Sequence record: NC_052654.1
DNA length: 64,000 nucleotides
Strand: one strand, 5' to 3'
Source: Escherichia phage vB_EcoM-Ro121c4YLVW
Position 1 is the stretch's first letter. Each line of letters opens with the position of its first letter. Below, piece by piece: positions 7,664-14,656 of this stretch. The notes under the pieces were generated by a model. The model made no database searches and was not told where the DNA came from. It saw only the letters and a list, made by a program, of their open reading frames with translations. The translations under genes and the position numbers were made by a program.

Positions 7664-8772
7664 CAAGTCCATTTTTAAAAGCAGCTACTGGCGGTCAGAA
7701 GAAGCCTGAAATGAGCGTATTTGCTGCAACAACAGATGCAAGTAAATCTGTATTCGCTCCAAGCGTGTTAGATGCCAGTCCTGTTTATGCACCAGCGGCA
7801 CCGCAAGAAGTTCCAGTTTTGCCTTCTATGACCCGACAAGAGATCGAAGAGATTGGGGCAGAGGCAGGAACAACCTTGCGTTCCTTGAATGCCGAGGTAT
7901 TAAAACATCAACGTAGTAATCAAGGCGATCAGATGAGTGAACGACTCACAGCTTTGATTAAACAGGCAAAACAACTTGATCCAAACTCTATTAAACAAAG
8001 CAAGGGTATTACTAAACTCATTAAAAAAGTTATGGGTATGAAAGAAGATCTGTTTGGGGAGTTTGATAATGTTAATAACCGTATTGAAGAGTTGGTAAAA
8101 AACCTTCAAATGGATATTCGCAAAGAAGAAGATTCCTTGGTATATCTTGAAAAGCTACATCAAGCTATTGGACAATATGCTGCAAGTTTGAACCGAGATA
8201 TGCAGCTTCTAACAGCAACCTATGAAAAAGAAGAACAAGCTTTGGCTGCTCTTCCAGAAGATGCAGTAGAACAGCGACAAGTGATCCGAGATACTTTGGA
8301 TCTTCTGGAGATTCGTATTGCAGATTTAAAAGCATTGCGCCTACTGTGTGTCCAAATGGGACCGCGTGTACAAGGTATGCAAAAAGTTTCTGCAAGCTTA
8401 ATGCGATCTGCGCGTAACATAGTAAATAATGTTATTCCTGCTTACTCTGCTAACTTCTCAATGTATATCGAGAGCTTACGTCAAATGAAAGCAGCAGAGA
8501 CGCAGAATAACGTTCTTGATGAATTTAACCTGGCAATTAAACTGGGTAGCGATCTTGCCACACAGAATCAGATAGAAGCAGCAGCACTGGCTAACCGTCA
8601 AGTGTTGGATATTGAAACTCTGCGTCACGATCAGGAAAACTTGGTTAAGATGTTGGAAGAAACTAACCGCATCAATACGGAAGCCCGTGCTGCTCGTGTT
8701 GATTATATTAATGAAGTTCAATCTTTGGAAGACGGGATGGTAGCTGCTGTGAAACGAGGGCTTGGTAAATGA
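7660..8772 (+). CDS. TelA-like (toxic anion resistance) protein
   Basis: ATGA overlap with the SprT gene. The 370-aa product is all-helical with a layout like TelA/KlaA/YceH: an N-terminal disordered region followed by long helices, e.g. LTALIKQAKQLDPN, NRIEELVKNLQ. Confidence 0.7.
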   Translation: MTSPFLKAATGGQKKPEMSVFAATTDASKSVFAPSVLDASPVYAPAAPQEVPVLPSMTRQEIEEIGAEAGTTLRSLNAEVLKHQRSNQGDQMSERLTALIKQAKQLDPNSIKQSKGITKLIKKVMGMKEDLFGEFDNVNNRIEELVKNLQMDIRKEEDSLVYLEKLHQAIGQYAASLNRDMQLLTATYEKEEQALAALPEDAVEQRQVIRDTLDLLEIRIADLKALRLLCVQMGPRVQGMQKVSASLMRSARNIVNNVIPAYSANFSMYIESLRQMKAAETQNNVLDEFNLAIKLGSDLATQNQIEAAALANRQVLDIETLRHDQENLVKMLEETNRINTEARAARVDYINEVQSLEDGMVAAVKRGLGK

Positions 8773-8966
8773 GAATCCGTATCTATATAATTGATGAGGA
8801 CATTGGTGTCCGTTATGATGACGAAAAACGATTCGCACCAATGGGAGGCATATATCCCCCAAGTGTTCTAGCAGTTTGTCGTGATTGTTATATTTATGAA
8901 GGTTGTCGTAACTTCCGTAAATTCCAACTCCTTGCAGATATTGACTTCAATGAGGAGGAGGAGTAA
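8769..8966 (+). CDS. Hypothetical small Cys-containing acidic protein
   Basis: ATGA overlap with the TelA stop. Contains CRDCYIYEGC and an acidic tail NEEEE. Confidence 0.45.
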   Translation: MRIRIYIIDEDIGVRYDDEKRFAPMGGIYPPSVLAVCRDCYIYEGCRNFRKFQLLADIDFNEEEE

Positions 8967-9139
8967 TGAAAATATTACGAGTGAATATTGAAACTGCTTG
9001 GTGTGGATGCAATGAGGTTGTGGATATCGAAATTGAAGATGATATGTCTCAAGAGGATATAGAAGATCTTGCCCACGAAACCTTTCAGGACTATTGTAAT
9101 TACGGGTTTCATATTTTAGAGGAGGAAGAAGATGTTTAA
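8966..9139 (+). CDS. Unlisted 57-aa strongly acidic ORF (below the track length cutoff)
   Basis: TAATG overlap with the upstream stop, and its own stop overlaps the next start (9132). Translation by hand: MKILRVNIETAWCGCNEVVDIEIEDDMSQEDIEDLAHETFQDYCNYGFHILEEEEDV. It fills an otherwise empty gap. Confidence 0.45.
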   Translation: MKILRVNIETAWCGCNEVVDIEIEDDMSQEDIEDLAHETFQDYCNYGFHILEEEEDV

Positions 9140-9335
9140 CTACGATAACGATCCTAATATTATCCAGTTAACCCGACAAGAACTGATCACAATCATTGAA
9201 GATGCTTTTATTGATGGTTGGAATACACAAGATAATGACTGGGGTGGACCCGAAGCTTTTCTGGAACATCATAAAGCTTATGGAGAATTTTGTGAAACCA
9301 CTGTAGCTCTTGATAATCTGAAGGAGGGTTTGTAA
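9132..9335 (+). CDS. Hypothetical small acidic protein
   Basis: RBS gaggaggaag. 67 aa. Confidence 0.5.
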   Translation: MFNYDNDPNIIQLTRQELITIIEDAFIDGWNTQDNDWGGPEAFLEHHKAYGEFCETTVALDNLKEGL

Positions 9336-9898
9336 TGGGTTGTTTTAGTTTTTTGTGCAAAGAATCGGGCAAAGCTGCCCTTTCTACTTCTTTCGACGGA
9401 TCACCTTGCTACCTCTTTCTTTTGAAAGACGGTGTTGTTATTGAAGAGATGTATGGCAACTATGATAGTTATGGTTGTGTTTTCTCTGGAAAAGAGGATG
9501 AAAATGGCGTTCGTGAACGGTTCGAATGGGCTATGGATTGGGGTAAGGTTTGTGATTTAATGCATTCCTCAAATCCAAGGGACGGTATTGCTATGGTGCT
9601 GGAAGAGTACTTTACAGGTGAAATCCCTACAGAACAATCTGACGGAGATCCTAATCAAGGTTGGGGTGATGGTGAAGAAGATCCAGATTGTTTTTTCAGC
9701 ACAGAAAAGAATAAGTTTAAACGTGTTGACAACCCTTATCACAAAGTGCATAATACTCTCATTGAAACAGAAGATGACAAGATGGAAATTGAAGAAGATG
9801 ATCCTCTTGTAACACTTCCTATAAGTGAGTTACAAAAGATCACTAAGGAAGCTTACGATTTGGGCTTCAAAATTGGTAGAGGAGGTATGCGTGTTTAG
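9335..9898 (+). CDS. Hypothetical protein
   Basis: TAATG coupling to the upstream ORF. 187 aa with an acidic middle region. Confidence 0.6.
   Translation: MGCFSFLCKESGKAALSTSFDGSPCYLFLLKDGVVIEEMYGNYDSYGCVFSGKEDENGVRERFEWAMDWGKVCDLMHSSNPRDGIAMVLEEYFTGEIPTEQSDGDPNQGWGDGEEDPDCFFSTEKNKFKRVDNPYHKVHNTLIETEDDKMEIEEDDPLVTLPISELQKITKEAYDLGFKIGRGGMRV
9726..9754 (+). promoter_or_regulatory. Internal sigma70-like promoter upstream of small paralog A
   Basis: TTGACA (9726-9731), 17 nt spacer, CATAAT (9749-9754) with TG just upstream. Confidence 0.4.
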
Positions 9899-10169
9899 AT
9901 TCAATATTCAAGAAGAAAAAAGTCAGGATTTACCTATTGCTTTCGAAGATCTTGACGTAGGGGCCACATTCATGTATTATGATGCCTATGAAGACGCAGG
10001 GTTGGATACCTACCGTAACTTGGTGTTCATTAAAAATTCCACAAACAGTGCGATTTGTATTAATGGATCACTAGCACAACGAGGCTATACTCATTGCATC
10101 CCACCAGATACAAATATGGTGGAAGTAGATTTAGAAGTTACCAATATTACACTTAAGAAGGAGAAATAA
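9891..10169 (+). CDS. Small beta-rich protein, paralog A (precedes the vWA gene)
   Basis: Start re-set to the GTG at 9891, 5 nt after ggagg. It aligns with the 11191-11460 product: F.I.E.K...DLDVG.TF.Y..A....GLD....V..K ... .VE.L.VT.ITLK. Confidence 0.6.
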   Translation: MFRFNIQEEKSQDLPIAFEDLDVGATFMYYDAYEDAGLDTYRNLVFIKNSTNSAICINGSLAQRGYTHCIPPDTNMVEVDLEVTNITLKKEK

Positions 10170-10170
10170 T

Positions 10171-10965
10171 ATGTCCGAGAAAATCAGCCTGAAAAAACGT
10201 CAAGAAAACCTTGCTTTCTCTCTGAAAAAGAATAAGAACCTGAATGAAGGTAAGATTGTTCTTCGTGTAGCATGTGCTCTAGATATTTCTGGTAGTATGC
10301 ATGGTCTATATTCTAGTGGGGTAGTGAGTGATTTTGTAGGTAAACTGCTTCCTTTTGGTATGCTGTTCGACGATAATCAACAAATTGATATGTGGGCCTT
10401 CAATACGAGTTCCCAAGAGCTTACTCCAGCAACAGCAGACGTTTACGATGACTATGTTGGTAAATGTATGCGTAATGTTCGTATCGGAGGTGGAACAAAT
10501 TACGCCCCTGTAATGGCAGATATCTACGATGAGTATTTTGGCACTGTTACCAAATATATTACCACTAAACAAGTGGTACAAGAGGAGGCTCCAAAGAAAG
10601 GCTTCTTTAATCGTCTGCTTGGTAAAACTGAAACAGTGTCTGTAGAGCGTGAAAAAGTTGTAGCTGTATCTGAACCAGGTGCTGACGTTACCCCTGGTGT
10701 TGTATTCTTCCAGACGGATGGTGAGAATGGTGATCCTAGTGCTGTTCGTCGTCTTATTGAAGAGAATAAGAATAAACCTATTTATTGGTTCATGGTTGGC
10801 GTTGGTAATGAGAAGTTTGGCTTCCTGAAAGAACTGGCAAATGCTTATGATAATGTTGGTTTTATTGGCATTAAAGATTTAGACTTGACAGATTCAGAGC
10901 TTTATGACAAACTCTTATCTGAAGAGTTCGGAGAGTGGGTTGTTAAAGTAGGTGCTAAAAAATGA
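10171..10965 (+). CDS. von Willebrand factor A domain protein (TerF-C-terminal-type vWA)
   Basis: MIDAS motif ACALDISGSM, downstream GGTNY, and the FFQTDGENGD motif. The N-terminus EKISLKKRQENLAFSLKK mimics the first strand of TerD domains. Confidence 0.8.
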   Translation: MSEKISLKKRQENLAFSLKKNKNLNEGKIVLRVACALDISGSMHGLYSSGVVSDFVGKLLPFGMLFDDNQQIDMWAFNTSSQELTPATADVYDDYVGKCMRNVRIGGGTNYAPVMADIYDEYFGTVTKYITTKQVVQEEAPKKGFFNRLLGKTETVSVEREKVVAVSEPGADVTPGVVFFQTDGENGDPSAVRRLIEENKNKPIYWFMVGVGNEKFGFLKELANAYDNVGFIGIKDLDLTDSELYDKLLSEEFGEWVVKVGAKK

Positions 10966-11210
10966 TCGACGAGCTTGCCTCTCAAGTCGTAGAAAATTAT
11001 TGGCGCGAGAGAGAAGCTTTCATTATGCGCAGTCTCAAAGAGTATTTCATTGGGACTGTGCGAATGGAAGATATTGTAAGTAGAGTAGAGATTCATGTAT
11101 GGCCCGATTATGAAGAATGGGTTGACAAAGAAAATGAAAATGCTATAATTCTTCGTATATACAAACCGGAGATAACATTAGGAGGAAGAAGTGTTAAACT
11201 TCGAAATTGA
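10962..11210 (+). CDS. Hypothetical protein
   Basis: ATGA overlap with the vWA stop. 82 aa. Confidence 0.5.
   Translation: MIDELASQVVENYWREREAFIMRSLKEYFIGTVRMEDIVSRVEIHVWPDYEEWVDKENENAIILRIYKPEITLGGRSVKLRN
11122..11149 (+). promoter_or_regulatory. Internal sigma70-like promoter upstream of small paralog B and TerD
   Basis: TTGACA (11122-11127), 16 nt spacer, extended -10 TGcTATAAT (11141-11149). Confidence 0.5.
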
Positions 11211-11460
11211 TGAGCAAAAAGTAAATAAACGATGCCTTACCATTAAAGATTTGGATGTAGGAGATACTTTCGTCTATGAAAATGCATTTGACGAAAATGG
11301 TTTAGACCTTAGTGAAATCATTGTTTATTTAAAAGTAGATGATGGGGAAAATGATTATTCTGCTGTAGAACTAAACCATCATGCACAATTAGTATCAATC
11401 CAAAACACATCTAAGCTTTTGGAAGTAGAATTGACTGTAACTGGTATTACACTTAAATAA
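11191..11460 (+). CDS. Small beta-rich protein, paralog B (precedes the TerD gene)
   Basis: GTG start after ggaggaag. Paralogous to 9891-10169. Confidence 0.6.
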   Translation: MLNFEIDEQKVNKRCLTIKDLDVGDTFVYENAFDENGLDLSEIIVYLKVDDGENDYSAVELNHHAQLVSIQNTSKLLEVELTVTGITLK

Positions 11461-11475
11461 TAGAGGAGACAAAAG

Positions 11476-12078
11476 ATGACTGATAAAATTTCCCTGAAAA
11501 AAGGCTCTAGCGAAAAAATTTCCCTGAAGAAAGTTGCTCCGGCTCTGAAAGAACTGCGCCTGGAATTCTCTTGGAAATCTGATTCTAAACTGGATCTGGA
11601 TGTAAGTGCACTGGTTTGTCGTCATAATGCCGCTGGCAATCCTGAAATGCTGTCCGCACGTCATCTGGTTTGCTATGCTAACAAGTTTGATCCTGAACGT
11701 TCTACCTTCGCTGGTGACGATGTTCGTGATGGGACTGGCAGCATGGAGCAGATTGATATTACTCTGGCTAAAATCTCTCCTGATGCACAAGAGATTGCCT
11801 TTGTTCTGACCATTGATGATGATACAGGTCTGAAACGTTTTGGTCATGCTTCTGAAGGTATGCTTAAAATCTTCGACTCCGAGCGTAATGTGGAAATTCT
11901 GGATTTTGACTTCCTGGCTCCTGAAGTAGCTGGCAACACAATCTGCCACGTGGCTTCCCTGGTTCGTGAAGATGGAGAATGGAAGCTGAAAGCATATGGT
12001 GTAGGTAAAGCTGGTCTGGATATTTGCGATGTGGTGATGGCCTTCGGTGGTAAAAAAGAATGGTATGAATGTCCATAA
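11476..12078 (+). CDS. TerD-domain protein (tellurium-resistance TerD family)
   Basis: DKISLKKGSSEKISLKKVAP...LDLDVSALVC and the Ca-binding-type loop FAGDDVRDGTGSMEQIDITL match E. coli TerD (VSLSKGGNVSLSK...FDLDASAF...GDNRTGEGDGDDE). 18 of 19 Leu codons are CTG. Confidence 0.9.
   Translation: MTDKISLKKGSSEKISLKKVAPALKELRLEFSWKSDSKLDLDVSALVCRHNAAGNPEMLSARHLVCYANKFDPERSTFAGDDVRDGTGSMEQIDITLAKISPDAQEIAFVLTIDDDTGLKRFGHASEGMLKIFDSERNVEILDFDFLAPEVAGNTICHVASLVREDGEWKLKAYGVGKAGLDICDVVMAFGGKKEWYECP
11485..11528 (+). repeat. 14-nt perfect direct repeat (aaaatttccctgaa) 30 nt apart, encoding the duplicated KISLKK strand
   Basis: Copies at 11485-11498 and 11515-11528, read directly from the sequence. 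Confidence 0.9.
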
Positions 12079-12096
12079 TAATTAACAAATGATTTT

Positions 12097-12116
12097 GAGG
12101 GGGAGAAATCCCCCTC
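12097..12116 (+). terminator. Stem-loop terminator after the TerD gene
   Basis: GAGGGGGA-gaaa-TCCCCCTC, with only a short T run after it. Confidence 0.55.
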
Positions 12117-12145
12117 TTGCAATAAAGCCTCTATCGTGTTATACT
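12117..12145 (+). promoter_or_regulatory. Sigma70-like promoter for the hydrolase gene
   Basis: TTGCAA (12117-12122), 17 nt spacer, TGtTATACT (extended -10, 12137-12145). Confidence 0.5.
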
Positions 12146-12177
12146 AGAAGTTCGTTAACTTAAAAAGGAGGCAAAAT

Positions 12178-12699
12178 TTGCTGATAAAAAACTTTGTAAC
12201 AGTTGCGTTACTATCCTTAACTGCTTTTACATTTACACCTGTTGTGGCGAAAGCCGAAGCTGCAAACGTAAAAACCGCTAAAGTAGTTCACAAATGTACA
12301 AAGCAATATAATGATAAAATTCTATTAGCTTGTGCAATTTACGCAGAAGGTCGCGGTCTGGGTAAAAAAGGAATGAATGCCGTTGGGAATGTGGTAATCA
12401 ACAGAAGAAATGATGCCTACTTCCCTAACACAGTCAAGGGAGTCTTGTTCCAGAAAGGGCAATTCTCATATGCGAAAACTTTTAACGTGACAGAGAAAGA
12501 TAAGTGGCAGGAAGCAAAAGCAATAGCGGAGCGTTTACTTTATTTAGAGAAACATTTTCCTGAATTGCGGTCTGTTTTAGATGTTACTAAAGGTGCTCTA
12601 TACTTCAAGAAACGGAATATAAGGACACACTGGGAGCGTGATATGCGTCTTGTTTATCGAGATAAAGTGCATGGTTTCTATCTACCAAAGGGGAGTTAA
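12178..12699 (+). CDS. Secreted cell-wall hydrolase, SleB-like (candidate endolysin)
   Basis: TTG start after aaggagg. N-terminal signal or SAR-like segment LIKNFVTVALLSLTAFTFTPVVAKAEA. Core motifs: CAIYAEGRGLG..GMNAVGNVVINRRND.YFPNTVKGV..QKGQFSY. Confidence 0.75.
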   Translation: MLIKNFVTVALLSLTAFTFTPVVAKAEAANVKTAKVVHKCTKQYNDKILLACAIYAEGRGLGKKGMNAVGNVVINRRNDAYFPNTVKGVLFQKGQFSYAKTFNVTEKDKWQEAKAIAERLLYLEKHFPELRSVLDVTKGALYFKKRNIRTHWERDMRLVYRDKVHGFYLPKGS

Positions 12700-12700
12700 A

Positions 12701-12985
12701 ATGCAAGAAGATAATACTGTTGTTGTAGCAAGTTACCTGGTTGTCGGTCTTACCGAAGAGGACGTATACTACACCCGTAAACATTTGGAAGCATACACTA
12801 CTTTGTTTATGGAAGATGAAAAAGATGTAGATAAATATAGCATTGATATGATCAACGACAGTATTTATCCTTGTATGGTTCTTAAAGTAGATGCTGTGCT
12901 GTGGGAGCGTTTTGCAAGGACTCATGATGCTGTAGAATGCTCCGCAGTAATGTCTCAAAACAACATTTTAGGGGAGATTCACTGA
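12701..12985 (+). CDS. Hypothetical protein
   Basis: Start re-set to the ATG at 12701, 2 nt after the hydrolase stop (RBS ggggag). The track extension from 12638 overlaps the hydrolase gene. Confidence 0.5.
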   Translation: MQEDNTVVVASYLVVGLTEEDVYYTRKHLEAYTTLFMEDEKDVDKYSIDMINDSIYPCMVLKVDAVLWERFARTHDAVECSAVMSQNNILGEIH

Positions 12986-13215
12986 TGGGAGAAGTCATTG
13001 AAGTAAATTTTCGCACTAAACAAAAAGTGCAAAAATATGTTGTTATTAAAAACATTTGCGTTGTCTGCTTCAATACTGTAATATACGATTCACGACGCGG
13101 AGAAAACGAAAATGAACCTTACATTGAAATTTCTAAGAACAAAGGTCAATGTATTTGTAAGAACTGTGCAGTAGCTATTAAGGAGGTTGTAAATGAAAAC
13201 GCTTGGGACCAATGA
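12985..13215 (+). CDS. Small zinc-ribbon-like protein
   Basis: TGATG coupling at 12985. Contains CVVCFN...CICKNC (CxxC...CxxC). Confidence 0.5.
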   Translation: MGEVIEVNFRTKQKVQKYVVIKNICVVCFNTVIYDSRRGENENEPYIEISKNKGQCICKNCAVAIKEVVNENAWDQ

Positions 13216-13384
13216 AACTGGCGAGATCTCTCTTCAAGAAGTGACAAACGACAAGCTGATTAAACTACGGGATGTAGCTCGTGACCATCTCCAAGAATCT
13301 TTTAAAGAATATATGGAAGCACGAGATCGTGTCATCCAAATCCAACAAGAAATGATTAAACGTGGGATTGTAGCTGACAGTTAA
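13193..13384 (+). CDS. Hypothetical small helical protein
   Basis: RBS aaggaggt. 63 aa. Confidence 0.45.
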   Translation: MKTLGTNETGEISLQEVTNDKLIKLRDVARDHLQESFKEYMEARDRVIQIQQEMIKRGIVADS

Positions 13385-13400
13385 TATAACGGAGGGGAGA

Positions 13401-13964
13401 ATGATTTATTATATTACTCCCTATCTGACAGGAAATATCGGCAAGGCTATCAATGAAGCTATTGCCGTTCTTCCAGATGATAGTTGGGTGTGCTTAAGAG
13501 ATACCGATACAATGTTCCTCCTGCCTGATCAACCATCTATGCTTGAAGAGCTTGTTATGTCAAACCCGCCTTTTGATGTAATAGGTGCAACTTGTAACAG
13601 GTTAGGTAGTGGTTATCAGCTTTTCTCTAACCAAATTAACGATGATCCAGATATTCTAAACCATATAGAATATGCTAAGATTGCAAGAGAATATCATAAA
13701 GTGAGTGTTGAAGAAGTTCCTTTCGGAACACCTCTGGCAGGTTTCTTTTTGCTTTTTAGAAAATCATTGTGGAATGAAATTCCTTTCGAAGAAAAATCTA
13801 TCCAATTCGACCTAATTTTCTCTCGCACTTTACATGAAAAAGGAAAGAGGTTAGGATTGATGCGGGGAATGTATCTGTTTCACATTTACAGATTAGGTCA
13901 AACAAATCCTCAACGGTCTATACATCATTTATTACACTGTCACGATCACAGTAAAACTATCTAG
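13401..13964 (+). CDS. Putative GT-A-fold glycosyltransferase
   Basis: N-terminal IYYITPY...NEAI..LPDDSWVCLRDTDTMF has a Rossmann-like start and a DxD-type motif (DTD). Confidence 0.5.
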   Translation: MIYYITPYLTGNIGKAINEAIAVLPDDSWVCLRDTDTMFLLPDQPSMLEELVMSNPPFDVIGATCNRLGSGYQLFSNQINDDPDILNHIEYAKIAREYHKVSVEEVPFGTPLAGFFLLFRKSLWNEIPFEEKSIQFDLIFSRTLHEKGKRLGLMRGMYLFHIYRLGQTNPQRSIHHLLHCHDHSKTI

Positions 13965-13972
13965 GAGAGAAA

Positions 13973-14656
13973 ATGGAAAATATTAAAATCGGAGTGGGTG
14001 TTATCACTGTAGGTGTCCGTCCACTTAAAGACTATCTTGTAACAGATCCACATGCAGATTTTCGAGTATTCAACGATCCAGATCGTAAAGGTGTAGCTTA
14101 CGCCAGGAATGAACTTATGCACCAGTTTTATGAAGAAGGTTATGATTATTGGTTTATTTTTGACGACGATTGCTACCCAATCATGGAGGGATGGGAAACA
14201 TATTTTGTAGATCAAGCTGTCTCTGGAAGATGGGATTTCTTTGGTATGCCGGAGTATTTCAAAGATAAAGTTGTTGGGAGTAAAGGAGAAGTTATTCTCT
14301 GGGAACTTGCAATGTGTCAATTTGCAATGTATTCTCGTGCCGTTGTTGAGAAGATGGGTTATTTCCGCCCTTACACTCACGGCTATGGTTTTGAAGATGC
14401 TGAATGGGTACACCGTTTGAAAGCTGCTGGTTTGAATCAGGGTATTCAGGCAATACCTTGTCCACTTCGTATCATGGCTTATATCCACCCAGACGATGTT
14501 TTTGGAAACAATCCTATGCCTTTTGCTAATCTGACAAAAGAAGAGAAAGAAGCTGCTATTGGCATTAACTGGGAAGAATATAAAGCGTCTTTAGAAGATA
14601 TTAAAAATGGGAAAATCCGAATTTCTTATGAGGAGGCACTGGCACATGTCAAATAA
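13973..14656 (+). CDS. Family-2-like glycosyltransferase (GT-A)
   Basis: IGVGVITVG...GVAYARNELMHQFYEEGYDYWFIFDDDCYP (DDD motif)...FEDAEW. Confidence 0.6.
   Translation: MENIKIGVGVITVGVRPLKDYLVTDPHADFRVFNDPDRKGVAYARNELMHQFYEEGYDYWFIFDDDCYPIMEGWETYFVDQAVSGRWDFFGMPEYFKDKVVGSKGEVILWELAMCQFAMYSRAVVEKMGYFRPYTHGYGFEDAEWVHRLKAAGLNQGIQAIPCPLRIMAYIHPDDVFGNNPMPFANLTKEEKEAAIGINWEEYKASLEDIKNGKIRISYEEALAHVK

Noticed and set aside
11395-11949. 184-aa minus-strand ORF opposite TerD. Similar antisense ORFs lie at 13961-14488, 3136-3576, 2172-2492 and 8476-8862.
   Set aside because: All lie within better-supported sense genes that carry clear family motifs. They are treated as shadow ORFs.
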